Positions 20,414 to 27,377 of a DNA stretch of 62,896 nt are shown here, piece by piece (position 1 is the first letter of the stretch; each line of letters starts with the position of its first letter). The stretch comes from a virus (lineage: Duplodnaviria > Caudoviricetes). The position numbers were made by a program, and so were the translations under genes. Under the pieces are notes generated by a model. The model ran no database searches, had not been told where the DNA came from, and was given only the letters and a program-made list of their open reading frames with translations. The stretch is taken from positions 1 to 62,896 of IMG/VR virus record IMGVR_UViG_3300020732_000013; one strand, written 5' to 3'.

Positions 20414-20592
20414 AGCACCAACTCCTTCTGTTCGACTTTGATCTTGAACCCCAGAGCCTGAATGGTCTTGAGATCCATACGCTTCAGCGTCTTGGTTCCA
20501 GTCAACTGGGTGAAACGGAAAGCGGTCTCGTTGACGGGGTAGAAATGTTCTACCCCATACACACTCCGCGACTCGATGATTACTGTGTCCAT
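20410..20592 (-). CDS. Small conserved phage protein
   Basis: VYG..YPVNE.A..F..L.GTKTL pattern; coupled to both neighbours. Confidence 0.6.
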   Translation of the reverse strand: MDTVIIESRSVYGVEHFYPVNETAFRFTQLTGTKTLKRMDLKTIQALGFKIKVEQKELVL

Positions 20593-21668
20593 TACATCAA
20601 CACCTCGTAGTTGTCCTCAGACCACTTGGCGATCTGCGCATTGCGCATCGCCATGCGAGCGGTGCGTGGCGACTGCACAAGCATCGTGAAGAACACACCC
20701 TGAATCTCAATCGACTGGATGCGATTGGCCCACTGCATGAAGCCCGACAACTCGTCCTGCGTCTCCAACATGTCGACCGCATTGAACAGGGTCATCAGCA
20801 ACGCACCTGCGTTGTCCGGCACCGCGACGGTCGGATCCTTGAGGATCTTCTCGACCGGGATGATGTCCTTCTCCATCTGGATGAACGTCGACATCATCTG
20901 ACCCGCAGCGTCACCCAACAGGCCGTGCAGACCGTCCGTGACCAGATCGTCCCCAAGGAACGCGCGATCCCGAATGACCTCGTCAGCCAACGCGAGCGAG
21001 CGAGGCGACACGAACTGCGTCTGACCTGCACGGCGCGGGTTGAAGATGTACGGGTTATCGTCCTGACCCTCGTCGAGGTACGACGCCATCATGCGAGTGT
21101 TCATCGCCACGCAAGAGCGCGTGATGACGCTGATGCCGTTCTCACCTGCCCACAGGTTCCACTCCTTGGCGGTGCACTTGCGCATCTTGAGCCGCATCAA
21201 GCGGTTGGCAGAGTGCGCTTCGATGGTGTCGTTCACACCGTCCGACGCATGGTTGGACGTCGCGAACACGATGCTCCCGGGCGGCAGCGCCACGTCGCCA
21301 ATGATTCTCTCAAGCGTCAAGCGAGTGAACATCTTCTTGAGCAAGCGGTCAGTCTTCAGATACTCGTCGAGCATCAGGACGATGGCCTTGCCCGATCCCA
21401 ACTTGAGCCGCGCGCTGATGTACGTGACCAGTGCCTTCTCGTCATGGACGGGGATGTCCATCGCGAGCGCGCCCTCAAGGATCGTGGGGCAGTCGAGGTA
21501 TACGTACTCGTACGCATCGCCCATCTGCTTCTCAAGCGCCTTGAGGATGCTCGACTTGCCTGTCCCCGGCTCGCCTTCGATGAGGACGGTGACGCGCTTG
21601 CCGATGCGCTGAATCATCTTGATGCAACCCGCCATCGACGTGAAACGGGTGAACTTAACGGTACTCAT
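20592..21668 (-). CDS. MoxR-like AAA+ ATPase
   Basis: GEPGTGKS, LMLDE, FATSN, ANR arginine finger and SPRS; adjacent to a vWA gene. Confidence 0.88.
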   Translation of the reverse strand: MSTVKFTRFTSMAGCIKMIQRIGKRVTVLIEGEPGTGKSSILKALEKQMGDAYEYVYLDCPTILEGALAMDIPVHDEKALVTYISARLKLGSGKAIVLMLDEYLKTDRLLKKMFTRLTLERIIGDVALPPGSIVFATSNHASDGVNDTIEAHSANRLMRLKMRKCTAKEWNLWAGENGISVITRSCVAMNTRMMASYLDEGQDDNPYIFNPRRAGQTQFVSPRSLALADEVIRDRAFLGDDLVTDGLHGLLGDAAGQMMSTFIQMEKDIIPVEKILKDPTVAVPDNAGALLMTLFNAVDMLETQDELSGFMQWANRIQSIEIQGVFFTMLVQSPRTARMAMRNAQIAKWSEDNYEVLM

Positions 21669-21707
21669 TTGAACTTCTCCTAACTGATATGAACTGACTG
21701 GGTACTC

Positions 21708-22619
21708 TTACACACGGAACTTCGACAGGATGTCGGACACCTCCTCGTGCACCTGCGCGCGCAACGTGACCGACTCCTTCAGGGCCGGGACGCTCATGTC
21801 ACGTAGAACATTCTCAAGCGACGTGCGAGTGTCGATCAGGTTGGACGGCAGTGCATCCGCCATCGCCCCAATCGTGTCGCACATCTCCAACGCCTTGGTG
21901 ATCGTGTCCTCGTACAACTTCCGCTTGGTCACCTTGACCTCGCCGTTGTCACCCACGGTGGTCACGACCTCGCAGCAGTGGGCTATGGACTTCATCACCT
22001 CCGCAAGCCCTGCGCTCATGTCCTCGACGATGTTGTCGAGCATCTGGCGGGTGCGCTTCTGGTAGTGGGCGCGCTCGTCCTCGACCGCTTCCATCGCAAT
22101 GCGAGTGCGGAAGTCATCCAACGGCACGTCCATCACGGTCATCTCCGCGCTGAACGCGCGACGCGCGCGCAACTCCGCCACGGTCGGGTAATCGTTCGCG
22201 TTGTACAGATCGCCCTGCGCAGTCACGGCCTTGTTCGCGACAAGGAACGGATACGCATCGTAGAACTCCTCCTCCAACTTGGCAGTGCGCTCCGCATGCA
22301 CCGCCCAATCCTTGCGAACGCGCAGCATCCGATTGATCGGCACCAACTTGAGCGAGCCGCACCACTCGTACGACACGACGTTCAGCCAGTTGTAGATCGT
22401 CTGGCGGTTGTTGATCAGCGCGCGGTGTTCGGCACACCCTGCGAGCAACTTCTTGACCGTCGCAACGGCGTCGCGGTCAGCGTTGTTCTCAGCAGCCACC
22501 TTGTCGCTCAGGCGCTTGTCGGTGCGGGTGCCCGTCCAGACGCTGATGTCGACGGCAATGAGCCGCGCGGATGAGGCAAGCGACGTCACATGCTTGCTCG
22601 GTTCGATGGTAATCGTCAT
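21708..22619 (-). CDS. DUF3150-like helical protein
   Basis: ISVWTG, KKLL and YNANDYPT..EL..F motifs; such genes commonly precede phage MoxR/vWA pairs. Confidence 0.6.
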   Translation of the reverse strand: MTITIEPSKHVTSLASSARLIAVDISVWTGTRTDKRLSDKVAAENNADRDAVATVKKLLAGCAEHRALINNRQTIYNWLNVVSYEWCGSLKLVPINRMLRVRKDWAVHAERTAKLEEEFYDAYPFLVANKAVTAQGDLYNANDYPTVAELRARRAFSAEMTVMDVPLDDFRTRIAMEAVEDERAHYQKRTRQMLDNIVEDMSAGLAEVMKSIAHCCEVVTTVGDNGEVKVTKRKLYEDTITKALEMCDTIGAMADALPSNLIDTRTSLENVLRDMSVPALKESVTLRAQVHEEVSDILSKFRV

Positions 22620-22642
22620 TACAAATACTCCTAAATGACTGT

Positions 22643-22664
22643 CTGCGTTAGGGTGCTAACGCAC
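22643..22664. promoter_or_regulatory. Palindrome copy 1 (CTGCGTTAG-GGTG-CTAACGCAC)
   Basis: One of four copies; lies in the leader between promoter and RBS. Confidence 0.75.
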
Positions 22665-22711
22665 CGTTAAAAACTTCAATTCACTTGGGACGCACGTCGC
22701 CCACGTCAGAT

Positions 22712-22740
22712 AGTATAACCTTTCTTGATGTATTAGTCAA
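22712..22740 (-). promoter_or_regulatory. Sigma70-like promoter
   Basis: TTGACT-N17-TATACT on the minus strand. Confidence 0.8.
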
Positions 22741-22826
22741 CCCATGCCCGGAACCCCGCGCGCGACAAAAACCAGTGCCTACCCTTTTCGGCGCGCGCGT
22801 GTAGAAGTTGGCCCGTCGAGTGCGGC

Positions 22827-22955
22827 TCATTGCCGCACCCGCTTCATAAGAAATTCAAAGGCCGCTACGTACGCCACGATCACCGCCACGCCCACGACAA
22901 ACAGCATGGCTCCGATGATGATCAGGTCAGCCAACGCAATGAATATTTCGCTCAT
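22827..22955 (-). CDS. 42-aa single-TM membrane peptide (not in the ORF track)
   Basis: MSEIFIALADLIIIGAMLFVVGVAVIVAYVAAFEFLMKRVRQ; GGAGG RBS. Confidence 0.6.
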   Translation of the reverse strand: MSEIFIALADLIIIGAMLFVVGVAVIVAYVAAFEFLMKRVRQ

Positions 22956-22957
22956 GA

Positions 22958-23197
22958 TCAACCCTCCAATGTGCGACCCGGGCGGGTCAGTTGCTTCAGC
23001 ATCGTCCGGTCCGTGACCGGGACATAGTTACTCTTATGCATGGGCACGATGGTGTGCTTGACCGCGCGCGCAGCGCGCTCGCGCTCTGCCATGTGTGCCA
23101 TGTAGTCCTCGCAGCACATGCACTCCCCGCAGCCGCAGGTTCGCCCCACGGCGATACGCTCCGCCAGTCGGGCCTGTTCGCGCGCAAGATTGATCAT
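22958..23197 (-). CDS. Small Cys-cluster early protein
   Basis: TCGCGECMCCE; AAGGAG RBS. Confidence 0.65.
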   Translation of the reverse strand: MINLAREQARLAERIAVGRTCGCGECMCCEDYMAHMAERERAARAVKHTIVPMHKSNYVPVTDRTMLKQLTRPGRTLEG

Positions 23198-23457
23198 TTG
23201 AGATTCTCCTTGCTCACGTACATGGTCATGAACTTGAACGGTATGTCGCGAGTCTTCACTTTGTTCGTTCCTGCGATCTCGTCAAAGATTGACGGCGGTT
23301 GCGGCTCGTCTCCGCACGGGGCATTGATGTGGGCCTGATCGCGCTCCCATCGGTTCACCTGCGCCATGTCGCGGAAGTGTTCGAGCGCGCGTTCCAGTTG
23401 ATCAATGCGGTGTTGCATCTCGCACATGGCGAGGTCACGGTCTTTGCTGTAGGTCAT
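23194..23457 (-). CDS. Hypothetical early protein
   Basis: AAGGAG RBS; ATGA overlap with the next gene. Confidence 0.65.
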   Translation of the reverse strand: MTYSKDRDLAMCEMQHRIDQLERALEHFRDMAQVNRWERDQAHINAPCGDEPQPPSIFDEIAGTNKVKTRDIPFKFMTMYVSKENLK

Positions 23458-23469
23458 TTAAGATTCTCC

Positions 23470-24225
23470 TTACGCTGCAAGTTTTTTGATGTTGGACATC
23501 ACGGCAGTGCCGCCGTGGGCTTGAATGACAATCGAACCGTGGCGGTTCGTGGCCGTGCCATTGCATGCGGTGCATGCATCGCAGGTCATTTTCTTCCCGG
23601 CCTCTTCCGATGCGGGACAGATGGCCTCGCCTTTGATGCGCGCAACATGAGAGGGCAGGGCGACACGGAACGTGCGCCACCCATGACTCTGCGCAAGTGC
23701 GGCCTCTTCGATGTTGTCCACGGATGCCATGCAGATGCTGCGCAGGGCCGCGACGTCTGGAAACTGTTTCCATTGATGGGTGTAGCCCGTGTGGCCTACG
23801 GCATCCGCTAGCAGGTCATGCCATACCGTCAGAGGGACAGCCGCAGGATCCCCGTAGGTGCCGATGCGCACGAGACGGGCACGACCGATAGCGCGACGTT
23901 CAAAATTCGTCAGTGCATCAGGGTAACCGCCACGCATAAGAGTCTTGTAAACGACGAGAGGCCCTTGCCCCACATTCACGTAGCAGGTGCGGCCCTTGCC
24001 TGTGCCATCGCCCCGGTGTTTGCAATCCCCGCAGATGGATGCGTCATTGCCCGTCTTGATGGCATCCGTGGGTGTGATGTCCGCGCGCAAGATATGCGTC
24101 TGGATCATGTTGCCCGTCTTACGATTCTTGGATGTGATCTTGAGGCCGACTGCCACGACCACGATGGGTGAACCGTCGAGCATCGACGGGCCGCGATAGA
24201 TGACACGACCGTTGGAACTATTCAT
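23470..24225 (-). CDS. Cys-rich conserved phage protein (Gp88-like, non-canonical radical-SAM-like)
   Basis: NRKTGNM, CGDC-x12-CYV, VRIGTYGDP, GYTHQW, MASVD and C-terminal CPAS..CDACTAC. Confidence 0.6.
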   Translation of the reverse strand: MNSSNGRVIYRGPSMLDGSPIVVVAVGLKITSKNRKTGNMIQTHILRADITPTDAIKTGNDASICGDCKHRGDGTGKGRTCYVNVGQGPLVVYKTLMRGGYPDALTNFERRAIGRARLVRIGTYGDPAAVPLTVWHDLLADAVGHTGYTHQWKQFPDVAALRSICMASVDNIEEAALAQSHGWRTFRVALPSHVARIKGEAICPASEEAGKKMTCDACTACNGTATNRHGSIVIQAHGGTAVMSNIKKLAA

Positions 24226-24247
24226 AACTGACTCCTTACTGACTGGA

Positions 24248-24269
24248 GTGCGTTAGCACCCTAACGCAC
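24248..24269. promoter_or_regulatory. Palindrome copy 2 (GTGCGTTAG-CACC-CTAACGCAC)
   Basis: Perfect 9-bp arms; lies in the leader. Confidence 0.75.
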
Positions 24270-24315
24270 CTGAAAATTTTCAAACGACTGTGGGCGCACC
24301 TTGCCCACATCAACC

Positions 24316-24343
24316 ATTATACTCTTAAATGACCCTTAGTCAA
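24316..24343 (-). promoter_or_regulatory. Sigma70-like promoter
   Basis: TTGACT-N16-TATAAT on the minus strand. Confidence 0.8.
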
Positions 24344-24357
24344 TAGCGGGAAAGTTT

Positions 24358-24740
24358 TGTTCCCGGCTTGTTCCCGTTGTTCCCGAAAATGAACTTATGG
24401 AATGGAACAGAAATGGGCATGTTTTTGATGGGGCGAGAACAGGTAAGTTCTTGATGTGTATATATTATTTATTAGAAAGTTATAATATATATAGGGGTTT
24501 GTTCCCGTTGTTCCAGCATATTGAAAAATGAACACGGAAGGATTGCCGATTTTTCCTCAAAATGAGTTAGAAAATTTCTAAATTACGCTTGCTGTCCATT
24601 CGCGCGCGAATCGTCTTTTGGCTTCATTTTCGAAAAATGCGGGAACACGGGAACAAACCGTGTTTTTTCCAACGATTACAATGTCTTGGGTGTTCCTTTT
24701 AAAAAGAACAAAAGGAACAAAAAACGCCCTTGCGGGAACA
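24358..24740. repeat. Iteron array (CGGGAACA/TGTTCCCG x7) with AT-rich tract; candidate replication origin
   Basis: TGTTCCCG at 24358, 24369, 24378 and 24500; CGGGAACA at 24640, 24648 and 24733; further GAACA variants; AT-rich run ~24459-24493. Confidence 0.65.
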
Positions 24741-24746
24741 AAACAG

Positions 24747-24768
24747 GTGCGTTAGGCACCTAACGCAC
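24747..24768. promoter_or_regulatory. Palindrome copy 3 (GTGCGTTAG-GCAC-CTAACGCAC)
   Basis: Perfect 9-bp arms adjacent to the last iteron. Confidence 0.75.
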
Positions 24769-24840
24769 TTCATTTATGGAGTTCCTAAACCATGCGGCTC
24801 ACGCGCGCGACGCGCACGCCACGCGCGCACAAGTCACTGG

Positions 24841-24922
24841 TATTTTTTCTGGCGTAGCCAGAAAAAATATGATAGGCTGCTCCGCAGCCTATCACCGAAT
24901 CGGACCGGCGGCGCGCCGCCGG
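24841..24922. repeat. Three consecutive perfect inverted repeats
   Basis: 13-bp stem with GTA loop (24841-24869); 11-bp stem with TCC loop (24870-24894); 18-bp GC palindrome (24905-24922). Confidence 0.85.
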
Positions 24923-24942
24923 ATCGGACCCGGAGCGCGGAC

Positions 24943-24978
24943 AAAAAAAAAGCCGGAGCGCCTTGCAGCGCTCCGGCT
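24943..24978 (-). terminator. Intrinsic terminator ending the first early transcript
   Basis: AGCCGGAGCGC-TGCAAG-GCGCTCCGGCT followed by T8. Confidence 0.85.
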
Positions 24979-24995
24979 CAGTGATCGCAGCGCGA

Positions 24996-25277
24996 TCAGT
25001 CGCGGTAATACGGACTATAGATTACATCGTGGTCCGCATGCGCGTTGGCGTCCTCCTCTTCCCATGCTAGGCGCATTGCGTCGCGGATCGCGGCAGCATT
25101 CCGCACCGCTTCACGCTCTGCCCTATCAAGCGCGACGTCACCGCCGATCCCGAACCCGAGCGCGCCGATACCAAAGAAGACCATAAGCAACGCATCATGC
25201 GCATGCATGAGCGCGCCGACAATCATTAGAAGAAGACCGCAAGCGGCGGTCACACCAAAGAAGATACGATTGGACAT
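24996..25277 (-). CDS. Small two-TM membrane protein
   Basis: Two hydrophobic segments; AAGGA RBS; followed by a terminator. Confidence 0.65.
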   Translation of the reverse strand: MSNRIFFGVTAACGLLLMIVGALMHAHDALLMVFFGIGALGFGIGGDVALDRAEREAVRNAAAIRDAMRLAWEEEDANAHADHDVIYSPYYRD

Positions 25278-25339
25278 GATGTAGATTCCTTTACGTGATG
25301 TAGTAGAGCGGAGCGCCTCGCGGCGCTCCGCCGTTCGCC

Positions 25340-26200
25340 TTAGGCTTTCGCCTTGATACCCGTTGCGGCTCGCGCCGCGATCAGGTGATCTGCGACCGCT
25401 TGCGCAAGCGGAGCCTTGATCACCCTTGCCTTGACCGACGTATCAATCTGATCAATCACGTTATCGATCAGCGCCGCGAGCGCCGTGATGTTCAACGGCT
25501 TCGCCTTTGCGCGGGTCGCGGACTTATCCGCCTTTTCCTTTTCTGCCTGTACCCGCTCCGCTTCATCTGCGCTGTACAGCGCATCAACTTGCGCGCCCTT
25601 GCGCTGCGCGCGCCCGGCATCGAAGAACGATGAATACATTACGCGAACGCGACCATCGATCCGCTTGCGGAAAGCCGTCATGGCCTCCCACAGCGCCTTA
25701 TCTTTCGTCTTCAAGTGCGCGATTGAAGTATGGGGAACGCATGCGGCAGTCGCCGATACCGTGACGTCGGCAGGTCGCGGATCATCCTTTGCCATGACCA
25801 GAAGCGCATCCTTTTCACCGCGACGGTAGCGGAGCGTCGGCTCAGTCGCGATGTACTGGTCGCGGATACCCGCACAGATTGCGTCGCGCGTCTCCGCCTT
25901 AACAAGCGCCGGGTCATTCGTGAAGTCAACGCCACCTAATTTTGCATAGGCGATAAACAAGGCACGTTCGACGCCTTGCGCGTGCATGCGCGATGCCGCG
26001 ATAGCACCGAAGTCCTGCCATCCCTTGCAATCGCGGAGTTGATCCGCAATCGTGTCGAGAATCGCCTCATTCGACTTTAGTAGATGCGCCGTGCGCTCTG
26101 CGCGAGTCGACACTACCGAAACATCCGCCGGAGCGGTCTCAATGACCGCCGGAGCGGTCTCAATGACCGCCGGAGCGGTCGCCTTTTCAGACTTAGACAT
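25340..26200 (-). CDS. Ala-rich hypothetical early protein, first gene of the minus arm
   Basis: GAGGA RBS before ATG 26200 (MSKSEKA); promoter upstream. Confidence 0.7.
   Translation of the reverse strand: MSKSEKATAPAVIETAPAVIETAPADVSVVSTRAERTAHLLKSNEAILDTIADQLRDCKGWQDFGAIAASRMHAQGVERALFIAYAKLGGVDFTNDPALVKAETRDAICAGIRDQYIATEPTLRYRRGEKDALLVMAKDDPRPADVTVSATAACVPHTSIAHLKTKDKALWEAMTAFRKRIDGRVRVMYSSFFDAGRAQRKGAQVDALYSADEAERVQAEKEKADKSATRAKAKPLNITALAALIDNVIDQIDTSVKARVIKAPLAQAVADHLIAARAATGIKAKA
26125..26180. repeat. 21-bp tandem repeat (~2.7 copies) encoding TAPAVIE
   Basis: CCGCCGGAGCGGTCTCAATGA at 26125 and 26146, partial copy at 26167. Confidence 0.9.
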
Positions 26201-26260
26201 TACTGATTCCTCACTCATTCGCGGTAAGCGCCGCGCCGCTTCCCCTACTGGGGAGCCGCT

Positions 26261-26288
26261 AGATTACCACCGTCACCTAGGATTGCAA
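26261..26288 (-). promoter_or_regulatory. Sigma70-like promoter with extended -10
   Basis: TTGCAA-N16-TAATCT, with TGG immediately before the -10. Confidence 0.55.
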
Positions 26289-26322
26289 TAGGTGATGCAA
26301 TCTTTTTTCGAAGATTTTTTTA

Positions 26323-26344
26323 GTGCGTTAGCAGGCTAACGCGC
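26323..26344. promoter_or_regulatory. Palindrome copy 4 (GTGCGTTAG-CAGG-CTAACGCGC)
   Basis: One mismatch; lies just upstream of the first early promoter. Confidence 0.7.
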
Positions 26345-26556
26345 CTGTTTTTTGTCGCAATCGCGGCGCAATCGCGACCGATTCTAAGGCGCTCTGCGCG
26401 GCGCGCCGCGCCGCCTATGTCATGGCATGGGCAAAAATAAAAACCGCTCATTCGGCTTCTCGCGCGGTCGATCCGCCGGACCCACCGGACCCACACCCCC
26501 CGATTTTTGCGTTGGAGTCCCGTAGCCGAGCCGCCGCTTGAATTCACACAAACAAC

Positions 26557-26607
26557 GCCCTCTTTTTTCAAACTTCGTGGATGAGGCCCTCTTTTTTCAA
26601 ACTTCGT
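26557..26607. repeat. 22-bp direct repeat GCCCTCTTTTTTCAAACTTCGT x2
   Basis: Copies at 26557-26578 and 26586-26607. Confidence 0.9.
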
Positions 26608-26704
26608 CCGTTTACCCCCCTCGTACTCTCATTTTTGTGACCCGTTTCACGTTTATTTTGGGGCCATTACCCATCATCTAGGACTCTATTAGGAAACACC
26701 CCCC

Positions 26705-26733
26705 TTGATGGAACCTTAAGGTTCCCGTATAAG
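26705..26733 (+). promoter_or_regulatory. Candidate late-arm promoter with a palindromic spacer
   Basis: TTGATG-N17-TATAAG; GGAACCTTAAGGTTCC palindrome at 26710-26725. Confidence 0.55.
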
Positions 26734-26756
26734 TCCCATATATCTTGGGGAGACCC

Positions 26757-27377
26757 ATGCACATGTTGATTGACTGCGAACCGACCATTGAGTCAGACAT
26801 CCCATTACCGAAGCGAGCAGCGGATGCCATGCCCGAGTTGAGTCCCGAAGAGGAACTCAACATGCGGGCGCGAACGATTAAACTCCTAGCCGATCTCAAC
26901 GGGTCAGCGCTCTCTCCGGATGCCACTCATATAAAAGAGGCGGAGTCTTTGGCCCGTCAGATGATGACGGACCCGTCCGCTCGGCCCCAGTACGCCAAGT
27001 ACCCGAACGAGACGATGGCTTATTTGGCGGGGATGATCGCCCAAACCAACTGCATGCTGGTCAACGAACTGTCTGACCTGAAACTCTACGTGGTCAACAA
27101 GTTGGTCTATGAGGTAGAACACGCACAGACGACGAAAGATCGTTTGACCGCCCTCAGAAGTTTGGGTGAGATCGACGGTGTCGACGCCTTTAAGAAGCGT
27201 TCAGAGACCACCGTGCTGGTAAAGCCCTTGGAAGAGGTCGAGAAAGAACTCCTCAGCGTACTCGACAACATCGAGTACACAGTTTTGGACTCCAACGAGA
27301 ATGCAAATGCTGTCGATGAGGTCGACGAAGAAGTTGTAGACGACGATGGCATAGAAGACAGCCCAGATGAAGCCTAA
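26757..27377 (+). CDS. terS: Putative terminase small subunit
   Basis: Immediately precedes and overlaps terL; RLTALRSLGEIDGVDAF helix; GGGGAG RBS before ATG 26757. Confidence 0.65.
   Translation: MHMLIDCEPTIESDIPLPKRAADAMPELSPEEELNMRARTIKLLADLNGSALSPDATHIKEAESLARQMMTDPSARPQYAKYPNETMAYLAGMIAQTNCMLVNELSDLKLYVVNKLVYEVEHAQTTKDRLTALRSLGEIDGVDAFKKRSETTVLVKPLEEVEKELLSVLDNIEYTVLDSNENANAVDEVDEEVVDDDGIEDSPDEA

Noticed and set aside
22643-24269. Palindromes 1 and 2 as inverted recombination sites of an invertible segment
   Set aside because: No recombinase gene is recognisable, a 4-bp spacer is atypical, and the other two copies have different spacers.
24358-24740. CRISPR or mini-array
   Set aside because: Repeats are only 8 bp, irregularly spaced and in both orientations.
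24730-25186. Plus-strand ORFs in the origin region
   Set aside because: They cross hairpins and a terminator, give Arg/Ala-rich junk-like translations and oppose the local gene direction.
26340-26560. tRNA or defined genome terminus in the GC-rich divergent gap
   Set aside because: No cloverleaf or T-loop consensus is visible; palindromes are present, but termini cannot be inferred without reads.
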